This document shows positions 50,753-64,000 of a DNA stretch of 64,000 nucleotides, one piece after another. Numbering within the stretch: the stretch's first letter is position 1; each line of letters starts with the position of its first letter. The translations under genes were made by a program, and so were the position numbers. Source of the stretch: Octopus sinensis (taxonomy: Eukaryota); contig NC_043009.1 of assembly GCF_006345805.1 (NCBI RefSeq), positions 69,254,001 through 69,318,000 of the forward strand. The letters run 5' to 3'. The notes under the pieces are model-generated. The model worked only from the letters and a program-made list of their open reading frames with translations. It was not told where the DNA came from and made no database searches.

Positions 50753-52613
50753 GTAAGTATTTATAGTGTTTAAATTTCCATTTTCTTTTATATTTTTCTT
50801 CCACTGCGGGTGGCAATGGACAAAATTCCTTCCCACCCTTTTTATACATAACCAAGCACGACCATTTCCTTAATGTGAGCAATCTTTCCTATTTGCTAAT
50901 ACTTTAACCGTTGATAAATTCACTTGGACGTCTCTCGATTCGGGGCTTTGTTTCCTTGCTGGGAATTTCTTTTCTAATTCTAGTATAGTTTCACTTATGA
51001 AAAGTAAACGAACAATGTAAGTTCCCATGAGCATCCAACCTTAAAAGTCCTCTGCTATGGCTTGATGGTCCATAATGAACAACAGGAGTCTGATTCCCGG
51101 TGCACTGCCACCTTCTCGCTGTATTTACAGCTATATTCTTTACTAACTGCACCTCTGTATATGGTTTGTGCAGCTCTCGTGAGGCATCCTTCATCTACTC
51201 CAAACTTCGTCAGTGACCACCAAATCACAACCGTGAAACGTCGTCTAAGTTGTTCTCTAGGTCAACAATGGCTTTGTATAGGGGCTTATTTCTAGTTGAT
51301 GTTACAACAGCAGTGTCACTAGGAGATAGAAGTACTTCGTTCATGCGCAAAAGTAAACTGTATCTCGTTTATGTTGTCCCAGGCTACAACTCCTCCGATC
51401 TCCATAACATAATTGTTTGATGTGTGTCTAATGTATTCTCTTGCGTGCATCGTTTTTGCTCTTGTAGGATTTGTGAAATGTTCCTATGCCTGTGATTTGT
51501 CCATTCCAAACTCTGCCACATATTTTAAGCATGTCAACATGTATTATTATTTTGTAACGATTAAAACCTTTATTACTTGAAAGAGTTCCTCGCAGTCATT
51601 TCCATTCTTTCAGAAACTAGACTTAGCTTAAATCGTTAGTAATTTTGTGAGGACAGATTTTTTAAATCCAATCTTCCATCTAGAACATCAACAATTTGTC
51701 CATTTCGTGGACAGTCCTTGATGCCCCTTTAATTACTGGTCGGTCATAGCTACTAGTGGTCATAAATGAAGGACAATCTGTATATGTTCATGTACGATAT
51801 CATAAATATATTTATTTATGAACTATAATATAAATGCACACAGACAACTAAAAGGGGGGTTTTTTTTTTCAGGTAGAGCTTACAGCTATATGTTTTTCGT
51901 GTCAGTGATATGTGAAAGACACCCAGTACATTATGTAAAGTAGTTGGTGTTAGGAAGGGCACTTAGCTGTAGAAACCAAGCCAAAAGAGAAAACTGGAGC
52001 CTGGTGTCGCTCTCTGGCTTACCAGCTCTGGTCAAACCTAATCCATGCCAACTCAATATGTATTCTCTACTCTGTTATGTCTTCATGTATAAATGTAGTG
52101 ATGTGCAGAACCTCAGTTGTTTAGATAAATGTTTACTTCTTCAGTTTATAGAAATTAAATAAAATTTCTGCTGTAGAATCTCTACTATTTCAGTATTCTC
52201 CACACCTTATACAGTTTCTCTTATCTTTTCAGGGTACCACCTCTCACTGACATTAAAAGTTACTTACATCATCGATGCTTATCTTTTTGAGACAGTGGAA
52301 AATGTTATACAGAACAAATGTAACCAGGTTTCATATAAACCCGGTGAATTAAGGTGAAATGTTTCCTCTGGATGAGATTATTAGCAACATTTGTGTATGT
52401 CGCTGTCTAGAATGAGCAGGAGATAATTTTGTGTTTTAAGTAGACTTAAATATATTTACAAAGGACTTTGCTGCATTGATCACAGTTGATGGACATATAG
52501 CATATTTGTTAGAAATAAATTATAAAAAAGAAAATATGAAACATGTATTGTAGAGAGAAGAAAAATGATGATGAAATGAGTTAAAAAATGGATTTTTTTT
52601 TAATCCTTAAGAG

Positions 52614-53354
52614 ATGGCAAAAAATTTAAGAAAGTCTTTATATATATGTGATATCTGTAACAAGTCATTCACTAAACAATATCATCTAACTACTCATATA
52701 CGTATTCATACAGGAGAGAGACCTTATCACTGTGATATCTGTGGGAAATCATTCAGTCAAAGTGGTGAGTTAACTATTCACAAACGTGTCCATACAGGAG
52801 AGAAGCCATATCATTGTGATATCTGTGGTCAGTCGTTCATTCGTAAAGATATTTTAACTACACACAGACGTATTCACACAGGAGAGAAACCATATCAGTG
52901 TGATATGTGCAGTAAATCATTCGCTAAAAGTACTAACTTAACTGATCACAAACGCATTCATACTGGAGAAAAACCTTATCATTGTGATATCTGTGGTAAA
53001 TCATTCAATCAAAATAACCAGTTAATTAAACACAAACGTATTCATACAGGAGAAAAGCCCTATCACTGTGATATCTGTGACAAATCATTCTCTCGAAATG
53101 ATGAGTTAATTGCTCACAAACATGTTCATACAGGAGAGAGACCATATCAGTGTGATTTCTGTGGTAAGTCATTCCCTCGAAATGGTCAGTTAACTGCACA
53201 CAAACGCATTCATACTGGAGAAAAACGATTTCATTGTGATATCTGTGGTAAAGCTTTCAATCAAAGTAATGTTTTAAAGGGACACAAACGAACTCATTCT
53301 GGGAAAAAAACATTGATAACAATTGATATAAGTGGTAAGTCCTTTTCTCAATAA
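52614..53354 (+). CDS. C2H2 zinc-finger protein, paralog 4 (8 fingers, 246 aa)
   Basis: Canonical fingers; acceptor TTTTCAG|G at 52232. Confidence 0.93.
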   Translation: MAKNLRKSLYICDICNKSFTKQYHLTTHIRIHTGERPYHCDICGKSFSQSGELTIHKRVHTGEKPYHCDICGQSFIRKDILTTHRRIHTGEKPYQCDMCSKSFAKSTNLTDHKRIHTGEKPYHCDICGKSFNQNNQLIKHKRIHTGEKPYHCDICDKSFSRNDELIAHKHVHTGERPYQCDFCGKSFPRNGQLTAHKRIHTGEKRFHCDICGKAFNQSNVLKGHKRTHSGKKTLITIDISGKSFSQ

Positions 53355-53569
53355 TAAGTCAACTAAGCACAAGAGTAATGGCATGAAGAAAACTATATAA
53401 CTAGTATTTGTTTAAACCATTCTCTTAGTATTTAACTATTCACATCTGTATTGCATGAAAGAAACCAACTCAGTGACATTTGTGGTTTTTCTTTCTATAT
53501 ATATGCATGTTCATACCAAAGCATGACAACTAAACAATTCTTTCTGGTATAGGAATAAGCTCTGAAAGT

Positions 53570-53690
53570 TTTGTGGGGCGAGTTGATGATATAAACTTCA
53601 GTGTTCAACTGGTACTTATTTTATCAACCTCGAAAGGATGAGAAACAAAGTCACTCTTGGTGAATTTTGAACTCAGAACATGGACGAAAT
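53570..53690 (-). mobile_element. Old Meta-core SINE fragment
   Basis: TTTCTCATCCTTTCGAGGTTGATAAAATAAGTACCAG on the minus strand. Confidence 0.6.
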
Positions 53691-53814
53691 GACAACTAAA
53701 TAATAATGAATCAATGAACCAAAATATTTCATCATACTGTAATCGTATCCATGATGTGGTGAATATATCGTCGGCTAAATTACACAAAAATGAACATAAC
53801 ACTGACATCTCATT

Positions 53815-54480
53815 TTAACAGATATATTTACCAAAATTACACAAAAATATCTTGAAATACTAAAGAGTAAATTTATTTAATAAAGTCGCCTTTGGCTTCA
53901 GCCATGGCCTCCGGACGACTTTGGAATCTCCTGCAACTCTTCTGGATGGTCTCCTTGTTTAAGTTGGTGATGCTGCCATAATCATTGCCTTCAGTTCATC
54001 TTTGGGGTTGCAAGGAGTTGTGTTGGTCTCTCATTCAACCATGCACCACACATAATCAAGGGGGTTGCAGTCTGACAGCCATGACTGGGTTTTCTGCTTG
54101 TGTAGCATGGTGTGGAGTGCTGTTGCCAGACATAAGGTTTTTCCAGCAGCTGACCTCTTGACCTAGAACAGCACTACCTCCTCCAGGCACTTAATGTAGG
54201 CTTCCATGTTGAATCTAAGGCTGTGTGGGAAGTTGAATGGAGGCATAACGTTGTCGTCACTAGTGATCACTCCAAATACCATCATGTTGACTGGATGTGA
54301 TTTTATCATTCTCAGTACACGTCTTCAGATTGACACCCAAACACTCTGAAATGTTAGTATTGGAGCTTTTGGCACAAATGCCAAACAGTACAGCATGTCG
54401 TTTCGAAATTTCTAGCAGAATGAATTTCATCATGGCACTATTTTTCTCACAGGCTGTGCCCAACTGACCCTACTATACTG
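53815..54480 (-). mobile_element. Tc1/mariner-superfamily (maT/DD37D-like) relic
   Basis: DCNPLDYVWCMVE.ETNTTPCNPKDELKAMIMAA. Confidence 0.7.
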
Positions 54481-54883
54481 TATAATTGACAAAATCTCAA
54501 GAAAACAATGCATGAAATTAAAAATATAAAATGGCAACAACTTACCCATTCCACCCTGCACATTTTGATGGTAAATTCATATTTTATGTGTGTTATGTAT
54601 TTTCTTGTTTTTTTATATATAATATTTATTTCATTAAGGGACTAGTTCTGTTAGTAACATTTTTAATTTTTTTCCTGGCATGGTTCCTTCATGACTTTAA
54701 AGTGAAACTTAATTTTCATTCTTGTCACCATGGTCTTTACATAAAAGCAAAAATTGCTGGAGTAATTTTTTTGATTATCATTGTCCATGTTTTTATGTTG
54801 GAATGTGTTGGAGCATATTTTCTCAAACATTTTGTCATTCCAAACTGTAAATCTCAGAATCCAGGGTTCTTAATGCACCAATC

Positions 54884-55095
54884 ATCATCATCATCATCGT
54901 TTAACGTCCGCTTTCCATGCTAGCATGGGTTGGACAGTTCAACTGGGGTCTGGCAAGCCCGAAGGCTGCACCAGGCCAGTCAGATCTGGCAGTGTTTCTA
55001 CAGCTGGATGCCCTTCCTAACACCAACCACTCCGAGAGTGTAGTGGGTGATTTTATGTGCCACCGACACAGGTGCCAGACGAGGCTGGCAGACGG
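54884..55095 (-). mobile_element. Short RTE 3'-end insertion
   Basis: TSD CCAATC (54878-54883, 55096-55101); the paralogous sites are empty. Confidence 0.88.
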
Positions 55096-56299
55096 CCAAT
55101 CTTTGTAAATATTCATAACAATTTGAAATCTAAATAAAGTTGGTTTGCTCTTATATTCTTCTTTTCTTATTTTATATTTGGAACATCTAATTAAGTCTCT
55201 GCTATAAATTCTGCACAGAACTTGCTAACTTGATCAATGTATGATGAAAGCTGCACATTTTTCAAACTGATTTTCACCAACTGCTTACTTTTAACCCTCT
55301 ATAATTTATTGGCATTATTTGATACAAGATTTGATCTGATATTATGAGGAAATGAATGAGATATAAGTAATAGGATGATATTGTAGATGAAATGGTGATG
55401 AGAGTGGCATCATAGTGGAGATGTAATGTAGTGAGTTGGTTGATGAGAGCCAAGTGAGAGGCTGTCTAAGGATAAGATATTTCCCATTTTCAAATGATGT
55501 TAAAATGTGATAATCACCATTTCACATACATTTCAAACACATATTGTTATATAGAAACCGATATGCTGTTTGTATCAAGAACAAACAACATAACACAGTA
55601 ACTGTGTATATAAGATAGTGCATATAAGCCTTGCAGTTTTTAGAAACAGAATTACTGAATTACTGGAAACCTTATTTCTTTTGGCGAATGCTGTTAGCAT
55701 CGTGTGAAAAATAATTTGGATAGACCGAGTGCACATCCTCACATTTACAGCTGTAAATAAAAAGGAGTTTGGATTTCACTATTTAACCATTTTTGAGTTG
55801 AGCATAGTTTATGTTTTGCTTCAAATTATTCAGCAAAGTTAAACCATTTCTTTAAACTTATACATTTTTAGGAGTAAAATTAGAGTCTGTGTAAAGCCAT
55901 CTTTAATATTTTTCTTTGGGAAGGCATTGCTGTGCTGACCATATTTAAATGAGAATCAGTAGAAAATAGTAGCTGTAACATACTAAAATGGTTCCATTGC
56001 AGAATATTGCCAAGAGCAACAAATTCAAGACATAAAGTCATTTCTCTTTTAATTTGCTTTTAAGAACAATGGATAGGATTTACATTTTCGGTAATGTAAA
56101 ATTACAAATTATTGTGAAATGAGGTGTTGAAGAGTGGCATATATTAACCCAAGTATATTATTATTATTACTTATTAATTAACTTCAGTTTAATGAAATCA
56201 CTAGTTAAACTTAGTAAGAATCAAACTGGACAAAATACTGGATTTGAAACAGACTGTTAAGTAATTGTTTGTTATGTAAAGAAATGGTCTGTATTTTTA

Positions 56300-56610
56300 C
56301 CAGTCCTGCTGCGTGGCACCTTGGGCGTCTTCTGCTATAGCCTCGGGTCGACCAAAGTCTTGTGGGTGGAATTGGTAGATGGAAACTGAAAGAAGTTCAT
56401 CCTATATTTTTATATGTATGTATGTGTGTGTTTGTCCACCCCCAACATCACTTGACAACCGATGCTGGTGTGTTTATGTCCCCATAACTTAGCAGTTTGG
56501 CAAAAGAGAGCAATAGAATAAGTACTAGGCTTACAAAGAATAAGTCCTGGATTTGATTTGCTTGACTGAAGGCAGTGCTCCAACATGGCCGTATTCAAAA
56601 TGACTGAAAC
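56300..56610 (+). mobile_element. 5'-truncated tRNA-derived SINE (24843 family)
   Basis: GCGTGGCACCTTGGGC...GGCAGTGCTCCAACATGGCC. Confidence 0.8.
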
Positions 56611-57449
56611 AAAATGTAAATTATTGAGGACGAAATTTGTTAGCTCCAAAACCTTTATGGTAGTTTCATCAGGCTAAACCGTTTGTATCCAATTTAGCTC
56701 ATTATTACTCTGTATAGCATTAATGAACAGAAAATTTCTTTTGCTCATCATTTTAAATTACACACGTGTATTCAAGCATTATTGTTTGGAAAATGGTGAA
56801 TTATAGTTGATTGGATTAATTTATTTTTAATTTGTTCTGGCAGAAATTTGTCAGTCCAAGTTGTGCTTTGGGATCTGAGCAAACATTACAAGTCAATGCA
56901 GGGGTATGTTGTGCAAGGCATTTGGGTATCCTGACTTCTGGAGTTATCATTAGTAGTCTACATTTTGGCTTTCTTTAGTGTATATATGTATGTTAAACAA
57001 AACTGTGTTTGTAATTATTCTTCATAAATTTGATGTTGGAAATTCTCTTATCCAAATCAGTTTCTCATCTTAAAATTTGGGGTGGGTTGGTGATGGAGGG
57101 TGAAATTCCATTGATTTTGCTTTAAAAAATTGCTGACTCAGAATCATGATTTTCAAATTTTAAATTTAAGTCATCACAAACATTAGGTTATGTTTAAAAA
57201 CTCCTTTTTTTTTTTTGTTAACGTAAGTTTATATTCTTGAATATGTTTAACAAATCTTCATCTGTTGTAAGCGTTAGAGTTTATCATTTTAGAGAAATCA
57301 GAAAAGGAGAAATGCGAACAACGCAAGTATAATTTGAAATTGGGTCCAGGCTAGCCTGGCGGTAATTTGAAATCGATTTTAGATGACCGGGTGGTAACTT
57401 GAAATGCAGGGAACGTTGAAGGCTTTACACCGGGCTATTATCATCGTCG

Positions 57450-57618
57450 TCGGAGGCGGAATGATTACGAAACTGCGGTTGACAATAAACCTCTGTCTCC
57501 TTTTATGTTAATTGCATTCGTTTCCCTGATTTTCGCCGATTCCGACCAAAGTCTGCTGCAACGATTGCCAAAGATGTCATAGTGTTAGCCAAGCGAATTA
57601 CCATTATGTAAATTAAAC
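57450..57618 (+). promoter_or_regulatory. Putative exon 1/promoter of ZNF paralog 5
   Basis: GGAATGATTACGAAACTGCGGTTGACAATAAACCTCTG matches paralog 1 upstream; AAAC|GTGAGTATTT donor at 57619. Confidence 0.62.
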
Positions 57619-58129
57619 GTGAGTATTTAAAGGAAATTCAAAACTACATAAATTATTTCCAAGCGGAGAGTTTCGGAATCCCACATCGACAAGTACCTGC
57701 TGCCCATCGAGTACCGTCAGCTATTCTGAAACTCCACCGTCCTCAATATTTCCGCCGTTTCTCCTTTGCAATTTTCACTTTCTGTAGATTTCTTTCCCAC
57801 CCATAGCTACACCTCGGACTCCGCATAGAAATCCCACCCTACTCTACCAAAGTCAATTCCTTCTCGATGGGAACAGGGTCTTCTCTTCTTTCCTACTTAC
57901 TAATACATTAATTTTCGCTGTCTGTCGATTGTTTCCATGCTTGAAAGGGAGTAGAGCATCAGAATAAGGGGCTACCCCTTAGCAGCCGGCCTTAAAGTCT
58001 TTTGTTGGGGCTTAGAGAACTATAACGAACAGAAACTGAAGGGAGAGAGAGAGAGGGTCCTGGTGCAATCCCCTCTTCCCGCTGAATTCGTAGCCATACT
58101 CTTTCTTAAGTCTCACTTTGCTCCCTATA

Positions 58130-58560
58130 CATCGCTTGTGTGGCTCTCACAAGGCATTATTCAGCTATTCCAGATGTCTTCGGTTTTCACCAGACCACAG
58201 CTATGAACCCTATCATAGTTACTTGGGCAACAAATGCTAGGTGTAGGGGCCAAGTCATGGCTAGATACTTCTCGGTTTTGTCACTACAAGACAGTATTTG
58301 TACTTCGTTGATACAACTCCAAAGGGCATTGCGTTTATGTTTAGTTTCTTGCTAGAATTTTTTTCTGTAATCTTCATTACGTAATCCAACAGTTTATTAC
58401 AAGAAAGATTCCCCTGTGGTCATCTCTTTTTTCTTATTTCAAAGTCACGAAATATTTCTAGTCATAGTTTGAATTAGTAGTAATAAGCTTTATGGGGTAA
58501 ACGTTCTTTCTTTTTATCTGATCGTCCATCCAGAACTTAAGCTATTTTACTATTTCCTGG
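58130..58560 (-). mobile_element. Decayed RTE RT fragment
   Basis: LLDYVMKITEKIL..PFG..PYT.AFVAQ remnants. Confidence 0.55.
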
Positions 58561-59791
58561 ATAGTCCTTATTACTTTTTGCCTCTATGTCGGCCGTAGCA
58601 TTCAGTGGGGCAACTGTGAATTATGTAATCCCATTTACAACTTTTACTTTGACTAATTTGTAATTAGCCAAAATGAACAAACATGTGAATGCTTGTAAAT
58701 CAAGGACAATCTGTATATATTTATTTAGTATGTTGCATATATTTATGTAATATAGAAGATGTATGCAGTATCCCTGCATGTTGTAAGTGCTGACTAGAAG
58801 GGCTTTTATTGGAAAGAGCATAGTCATAAAACTGTAAAGGCACAGAGAAGCTGACGCATAAAATGAGGATGAGATCACCATCATTTAATGTTCACTTTTC
58901 ATGCTGGCATGGGTGAGATGGTTTGACAAGAGCCGGCCAGGCAGAAGCCCGTACCAGACTTCTGTAACTGTTTTGGCAGGGTTTTAAAGCTGGATGCCCT
59001 TCCTATTAACCAACCACTCAACAGATGTAGTTATCTACTAGAGTATATCTTCATTTTAATGTTCACCTTTCCATGCTTAAGTAGACATTGTTCGTTGGTG
59101 CAGATTTTTCACTGAATCATTCTGTCAGCAATACTCATATGTTTCCCAGTAAGGTAATGATTAGCATTTCATGCCAGCATGGAAAGCAGATGTTGAACAA
59201 TGATGATGATAATGACGATATGTATATCTTTACTCTATTATATATGAAATAATGTTGTGATACTCTGGATAGATTCAGTTATATTCTGCAATCTATCACC
59301 ATAGAAATATAAATTTTTTGTTGTTCACACTGTACTGTTTAACTATTCTTCATATCTTTTACTGTTTCTCTATCATTTCAGGTCCTTGATGAAACTGGTA
59401 TCGAAATATTATCTTTCATCAGAAGCATCATCAATATTTATCAGCTTTTAAAGATAAAGGAAGATTCTGTATAAGAAATATGATACTTGTATAAATCTGG
59501 GGAAGCATGGCAAAATGTTTCACTCTGGGTGAGATTATTAGCAACATTTTTGAAGGCCACCGTCTGGAATGAGAACAAAATTCTACATTCTAAATAAATA
59601 TATTTATAAATTACTTTACATCATCTTCAGATATTGGTAAAGACTGCAGCTGATGGGAATATAACTGAAGGAATACTTGTTAAAAATAATTTATAAAAAG
59701 AAAAACAAGTGAAGTGTTCTTATATTGTGGAGAAATAAGAAAAACTTATGTTATGAGTTAAAAGGTTGCTTTAAATGTTTGTCCTTCAGAA

Positions 59792-60736
59792 ATGGCCAAA
59801 AAATTAGGAAAGCCTTCATATGAATGTGATATCTGTAAAAAGTTATTCACTACAAAAGGTCATCTTACTACTCATATACGTATTCATACGGGAGAGAAAC
59901 CATATCACTGTGATATCTGTGGTAGATCATTCTCTCGAACCGATGAATTAACCACTCACAAACGTGTCCATACAGGAGAGAAACCATATAAATGTGATAT
60001 CTGTGGTCAGTCATTTACACGTAGAGATATTTTAACTACACATAGACGTATTCACACAGGAGAGAGACCGTATCAGTGTGATATGTGCAGTAAATCGTTC
60101 TCCAAACGTAATAATTTAGCTGATCACAAACGCATTCATACTGGAGAAAAACCATATCATTGTGACTTTTGTGGTAGATCATTCAATCAAAATAATCAGC
60201 TAATTAAACACAAACGTATTCATACAGGAGAAAAGCCCTATCACTGTGATATCTGTGATAAATCATTCTCTCGAAATGATAAGCTAACTGCTCACAAACA
60301 CATCCATACAGGAGAGAAACCATATCAGTGTGATATCTGTGGTAAATCATTCCCTCGAAATAGTGCCTTGACTGATCATAAACGCATTCATACTGGAGAA
60401 AAGCGATTTCATTGTGATGTTTGTGGTAAAGCATTTGTTCAAAGTAATGTTTTAAAGGGACATATACGCATTCATACTGGGGAAAAACCATATCATTGTG
60501 ATATCTGTGGTAAATCATTTGCTCAAAGTACTGATGTAACTGTACACAAACGTATTCACACTAAAGAAAAGCCATATCATTGCGATATCTGTGGTAAATC
60601 ATTCTCTCGCAGAAATTATGTAACTAAGCATAAAAGTATTCATACAGCTTCAAGACTACATCACTGTAATATCTGTGATAAATCATTCTCTCAGCATGAT
60701 GAATTAACTAATCACATATGTGTTCCTCCATCATGA
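59792..60736 (+). CDS. C2H2 zinc-finger protein, paralog 5 (10 fingers plus 1 incomplete, 314 aa)
   Basis: Canonical fingers; acceptor ATTTCAG|G at 59381. Confidence 0.94.
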   Translation: MAKKLGKPSYECDICKKLFTTKGHLTTHIRIHTGEKPYHCDICGRSFSRTDELTTHKRVHTGEKPYKCDICGQSFTRRDILTTHRRIHTGERPYQCDMCSKSFSKRNNLADHKRIHTGEKPYHCDFCGRSFNQNNQLIKHKRIHTGEKPYHCDICDKSFSRNDKLTAHKHIHTGEKPYQCDICGKSFPRNSALTDHKRIHTGEKRFHCDVCGKAFVQSNVLKGHIRIHTGEKPYHCDICGKSFAQSTDVTVHKRIHTKEKPYHCDICGKSFSRRNYVTKHKSIHTASRLHHCNICDKSFSQHDELTNHICVPPS

Positions 60737-60898
60737 GACGAAACACATCATTGATTGTTTCCAGTAATTGTTTTCACTAAAATCTTTCATATGAAAGCAT
60801 GACACTCTCCTCATACTTGCATGCATGTTCTGTACATTCTTTGGGAATATTATGTATATCCTTATTCAACATTTACTGTATGTATTGTATCAGCACTT

Positions 60899-61160
60899 GG
60901 AGGCCCATGTCCTAGTGGCTAGAGTAGTGGACTTGCGGTCAAGAGATCGTGGGTTCAAATCTCAGACCAGGCAATGTGTGTGTTTATGAGCGAAACATCT
61001 TAGCTCCATGCAGCTCTGGCAGAAGGTAATGGCAAACTTCTGCTGACTCTTTTGCCACAACTTTCTCTCACTCTTTCCACCTGCGATGGACCAGCGTCCT
61101 GTCCAGGTGGGGAACCTACACGCCAAGGAAACCGGGAAACTGGCCTCTAGGAGCCAGGCA
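60899..61160 (+). mobile_element. tRNA-derived SINE of a third family (V-domain-like core)
   Basis: A box CCTAGTGGCTAG, B box GGTTCAAATC, GCGATGGACCAGCGTCCTGTCCAGG core. Confidence 0.7.
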
Positions 61161-61199
61161 TGGCTCGAGAAGGAACAAACATTGTATCAGCACTCAATT

Positions 61200-61800
61200 C
61201 TGATGATGATCTTGAGAGAAAAGTTGGGCATAAGAGGCATGAGATGTGGTGTGAAAGAGAGATGACTGTGGTGCGTATGGCCGAGGACAGCTGTGTAAAG
61301 AAGTGCCAATCTCTAACTGTGGAGGGTAGCTAGGGTAGAGGTAGACTCAGGAATACATGGTATGAGGCAATGACTAGTGACCGAGACCTTTGACAATATG
61401 CTGTGCTTGCGAAGACTTGTCAAGCAAGGTGAAGTCGTAGTTGTGGATAATGCTGGTTGCATGTAAAAAGCAGCTTTTGAGTGTTTGACCTCACGGAGGC
61501 AATCACAGAAACCTTTGGCATTGCGCCGTGCTAGAGAATAAAAACCATCAAACCAAGTAAAGTCACAGTTGTGGAAGATACCGGTGTCATGCAAATGGCA
61601 CCCGTGCCAGTGTAACTTAATAGCACCCATTACACTCTCAGAGTGGTTGGCATTAGGAAGAGCCTTCAGCTATAGAAACCATGCCAAATCAGACTGGAGT
61701 CTGGCGCAGACTTCCCGCTTACCAGCTCTGGTCAAACTGTCCAACCCATACCAACATGGACAACAGACATTAAATGATATTGATGATGATGATGATATTA
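61200..61800 (+). mobile_element. Old RTE 3' end
   Basis: EDSCVKKCQSLTVEGS C-terminus, decayed UTR, GATGATGAT tail. Confidence 0.7.
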
Positions 61801-64000
61801 CCAACAGTTTGGTTGTTGGTAATATCTTCAGTATTTCTTGTCCATGTTTAATGCTGGAATGGGTTGAATAGTCTGAGAGAAGATCTGATGGGACGAAGGG
61901 CTGCATGGTGCTTCAGTGTCTGCTTTGGCCTGGTTTCTATCTTTGGATGTCCTTCTTAATGCCAGCCACTTCACAGCATGTGCTGGGTACCTGTTCTCAT
62001 GATACCAGTGCTCATGAGGCTGTCATGAAGTTTGTAAGGTTTCAAACCCAGGGAGGTGGGGGGGGAACTTTATGATAGGAGCTGAGGGGCATAAGATGGA
62101 TAAGCATGAGGCGGATAAGAGGGACAGATGGAAAGTTGTGGCTGCTGACTTCAACGGGGAATGAGGCCGCATGCCATTCCATGACAAGGACCTTGTTGGC
62201 TAAGTCCTGATATTTCAATTCCTTTAGCTGGTGGTAAAGTCAATCCTCCCGGGGCAGTGTGAGTCTGACCATGATGATTGTTTTTGTATTCCTGGAGTGC
62301 AGGAATGCAAATTGTATTGGTGGGGGTGGAGTAGAGAAGAGTATTAATGGACGAAGAGTGGGAAACAAGGGAAATGGTGCTGGACAGTAAGAAAAGAAAG
62401 TGGTCACATGGAAGCAGTGCAGTTTGGGAGATAACTAAGGGTGTACCTTAGGGTGGAAGGAAATGGTGAAACTAAATAGGAACCTGCAAGTGTCGTTGTT
62501 ATATTAATCTTTACATAAAAACAAAATGTGTGGAATTATCTTTGAATTATCATCATCAATATTCTTGTGTAAAAAGCACCTGTGCTGGTACCACATATAA
62601 GGCAGCCAGTACCCTGTAAAGTGGTTGGTGTTAGGAATAGCATCTAGCAATAGAAATCTTGCTAAAACAGGTAATTGGAGCCTGGGTGGCTCTCCAGCCT
62701 TGCCAACACCTGTCAGACCATCCAGCATTAAATGAAGATGAGGAGTTGAACTGGTTTTTTATAAGTTACTATGAAATATCCAGCAAGGAACTCATTTATT
62801 TTTAGCAGTAGAGTTGATGGAGACTGTGTAAAGCCATCTTTAATATTCTTCTTTAGGAAAACATTGCTGTGAGTTGAATTATTGCTGTGCTGACCATATT
62901 TAAAAAAAAATAAATGAATTTATTAATCCAATTTCCATGGAATATTTTTTTATTGATTACAATAAGGAGAGATTACAAAAAAATTTTTTTTAGAAATTGC
63001 ATGAAAAAATTAGATCAATCCTTTTGGCAGCTTGGCTGATTTGGACAAGTTGGTAGGAGGTCAAAAAATAAAAAATAAATAGGTCAATAATTATTTTAAA
63101 AAAAACAAAAAAACAGCGTTCTTTGCATGTAAGCAAAGCAGTCAAAAATGTATATCAAAAGTAAATCTGGAAATATAAAGTATAAATATTATAAATACTA
63201 TAGTTGTATAAAATAAAGTTTAGAAAAGAATTTGGTTCAGCAGTTTGTGGGTTATAATGATTTTTCAAAATTTGACAGCAAAAAAATGCTTTTTAGTTTT
63301 TGTGGTAAAATATTACTCCATATATTAATCTAGTACATATAAATTGTAGAATATGTATGTATATTGACTAACACACATTTCCACAATTTTCAACTGATTT
63401 TCACCAAACTTTACACACTCATTACTTATGTCTCAAAGATGGTCATGCACTATAACATTTTGCCTAGAGCTCCCACATAAATGGACAAACCAGCAAAAAC
63501 TGGTTTACACAGGTTTTTTCTCTAATTTGTTGTATGTACATTGTTTTTTTTTGTTTGTAGGGTTTTCCATAGTTTTTTAATCTCTATGGTCATATATAAG
63601 CATTAGAGAATATTTTTGAGTGGTTTCCACATTTTTAAAAATTATTTATTTATATGTTGTAATTGTGTTTTATTACTTGATTAGAGAATATAATAAAAGT
63701 GAAAGGATTTTATCTCTTTCAACTGTCCACCTGTTAATATTTATTTGCTTGTTGTAAATGTGTATTATTACGTGGTTTGAGAATATTATAAAAGTGATAT
63801 GATTTTGTCTATTTATTTATTACCCTAACCCTAACTTGCCACAGGGATTAAATTGACCAGGAACACTGAACACAGGGAATATCCAATACCAATCTTAATC
63901 TCCATAGTTAAACTGCATTACACCTTTGTCAAACTTACCTTTACCTATTCTGAGTTACCTGAAAGGTGATGTTCCCTTCCCTCTCTTCTATTTGTTGGTA

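Noticed and set aside
51180-51255. Third hammerhead candidate (GAAACGTCGTC)
   Set aside because: CUGANGA core not present; too degenerate to support

Overview
AT-rich, microsatellite- and transposon-dense animal DNA, most likely coleoid cephalopod (Octopus-like; inferred from the C2H2 gene style and repeat families, no database search run). The backbone is a cluster of five paralogous tandem C2H2 zinc-finger genes: three on the minus strand, then two on the plus strand, head-to-head. Each has a homologous non-coding first exon with a splice donor and a conserved acceptor upstream of the single coding exon, and a shared 3' block is recognisable for four of the five. Fingers 3-6 are nearly fixed while distal fingers vary and decay. 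The window opens with a 160-bp satellite array. Between genes lie a full-length Tx1/L1-clade LINE, many RTE-type LINE fragments, tRNA-derived SINEs, a non-autonomous Helitron, mariner/Tigger/Merlin/hAT relics, Merlin-type MITEs, Penelope and Gypsy relics, a tRNA-Ala pseudogene and two degenerate hammerhead-like motifs. The most striking observation is the Tx1 LINE: it is inserted (15-bp TSD) inside a SINE (own 15-bp TSD) that shares the LINE's 3' tail, all six of its frameshifts are single-base losses in short runs, and its inter-ORF spacer carries a perfect splice donor. Identities quoted are by-eye estimates and boundaries of old relics are approximate.
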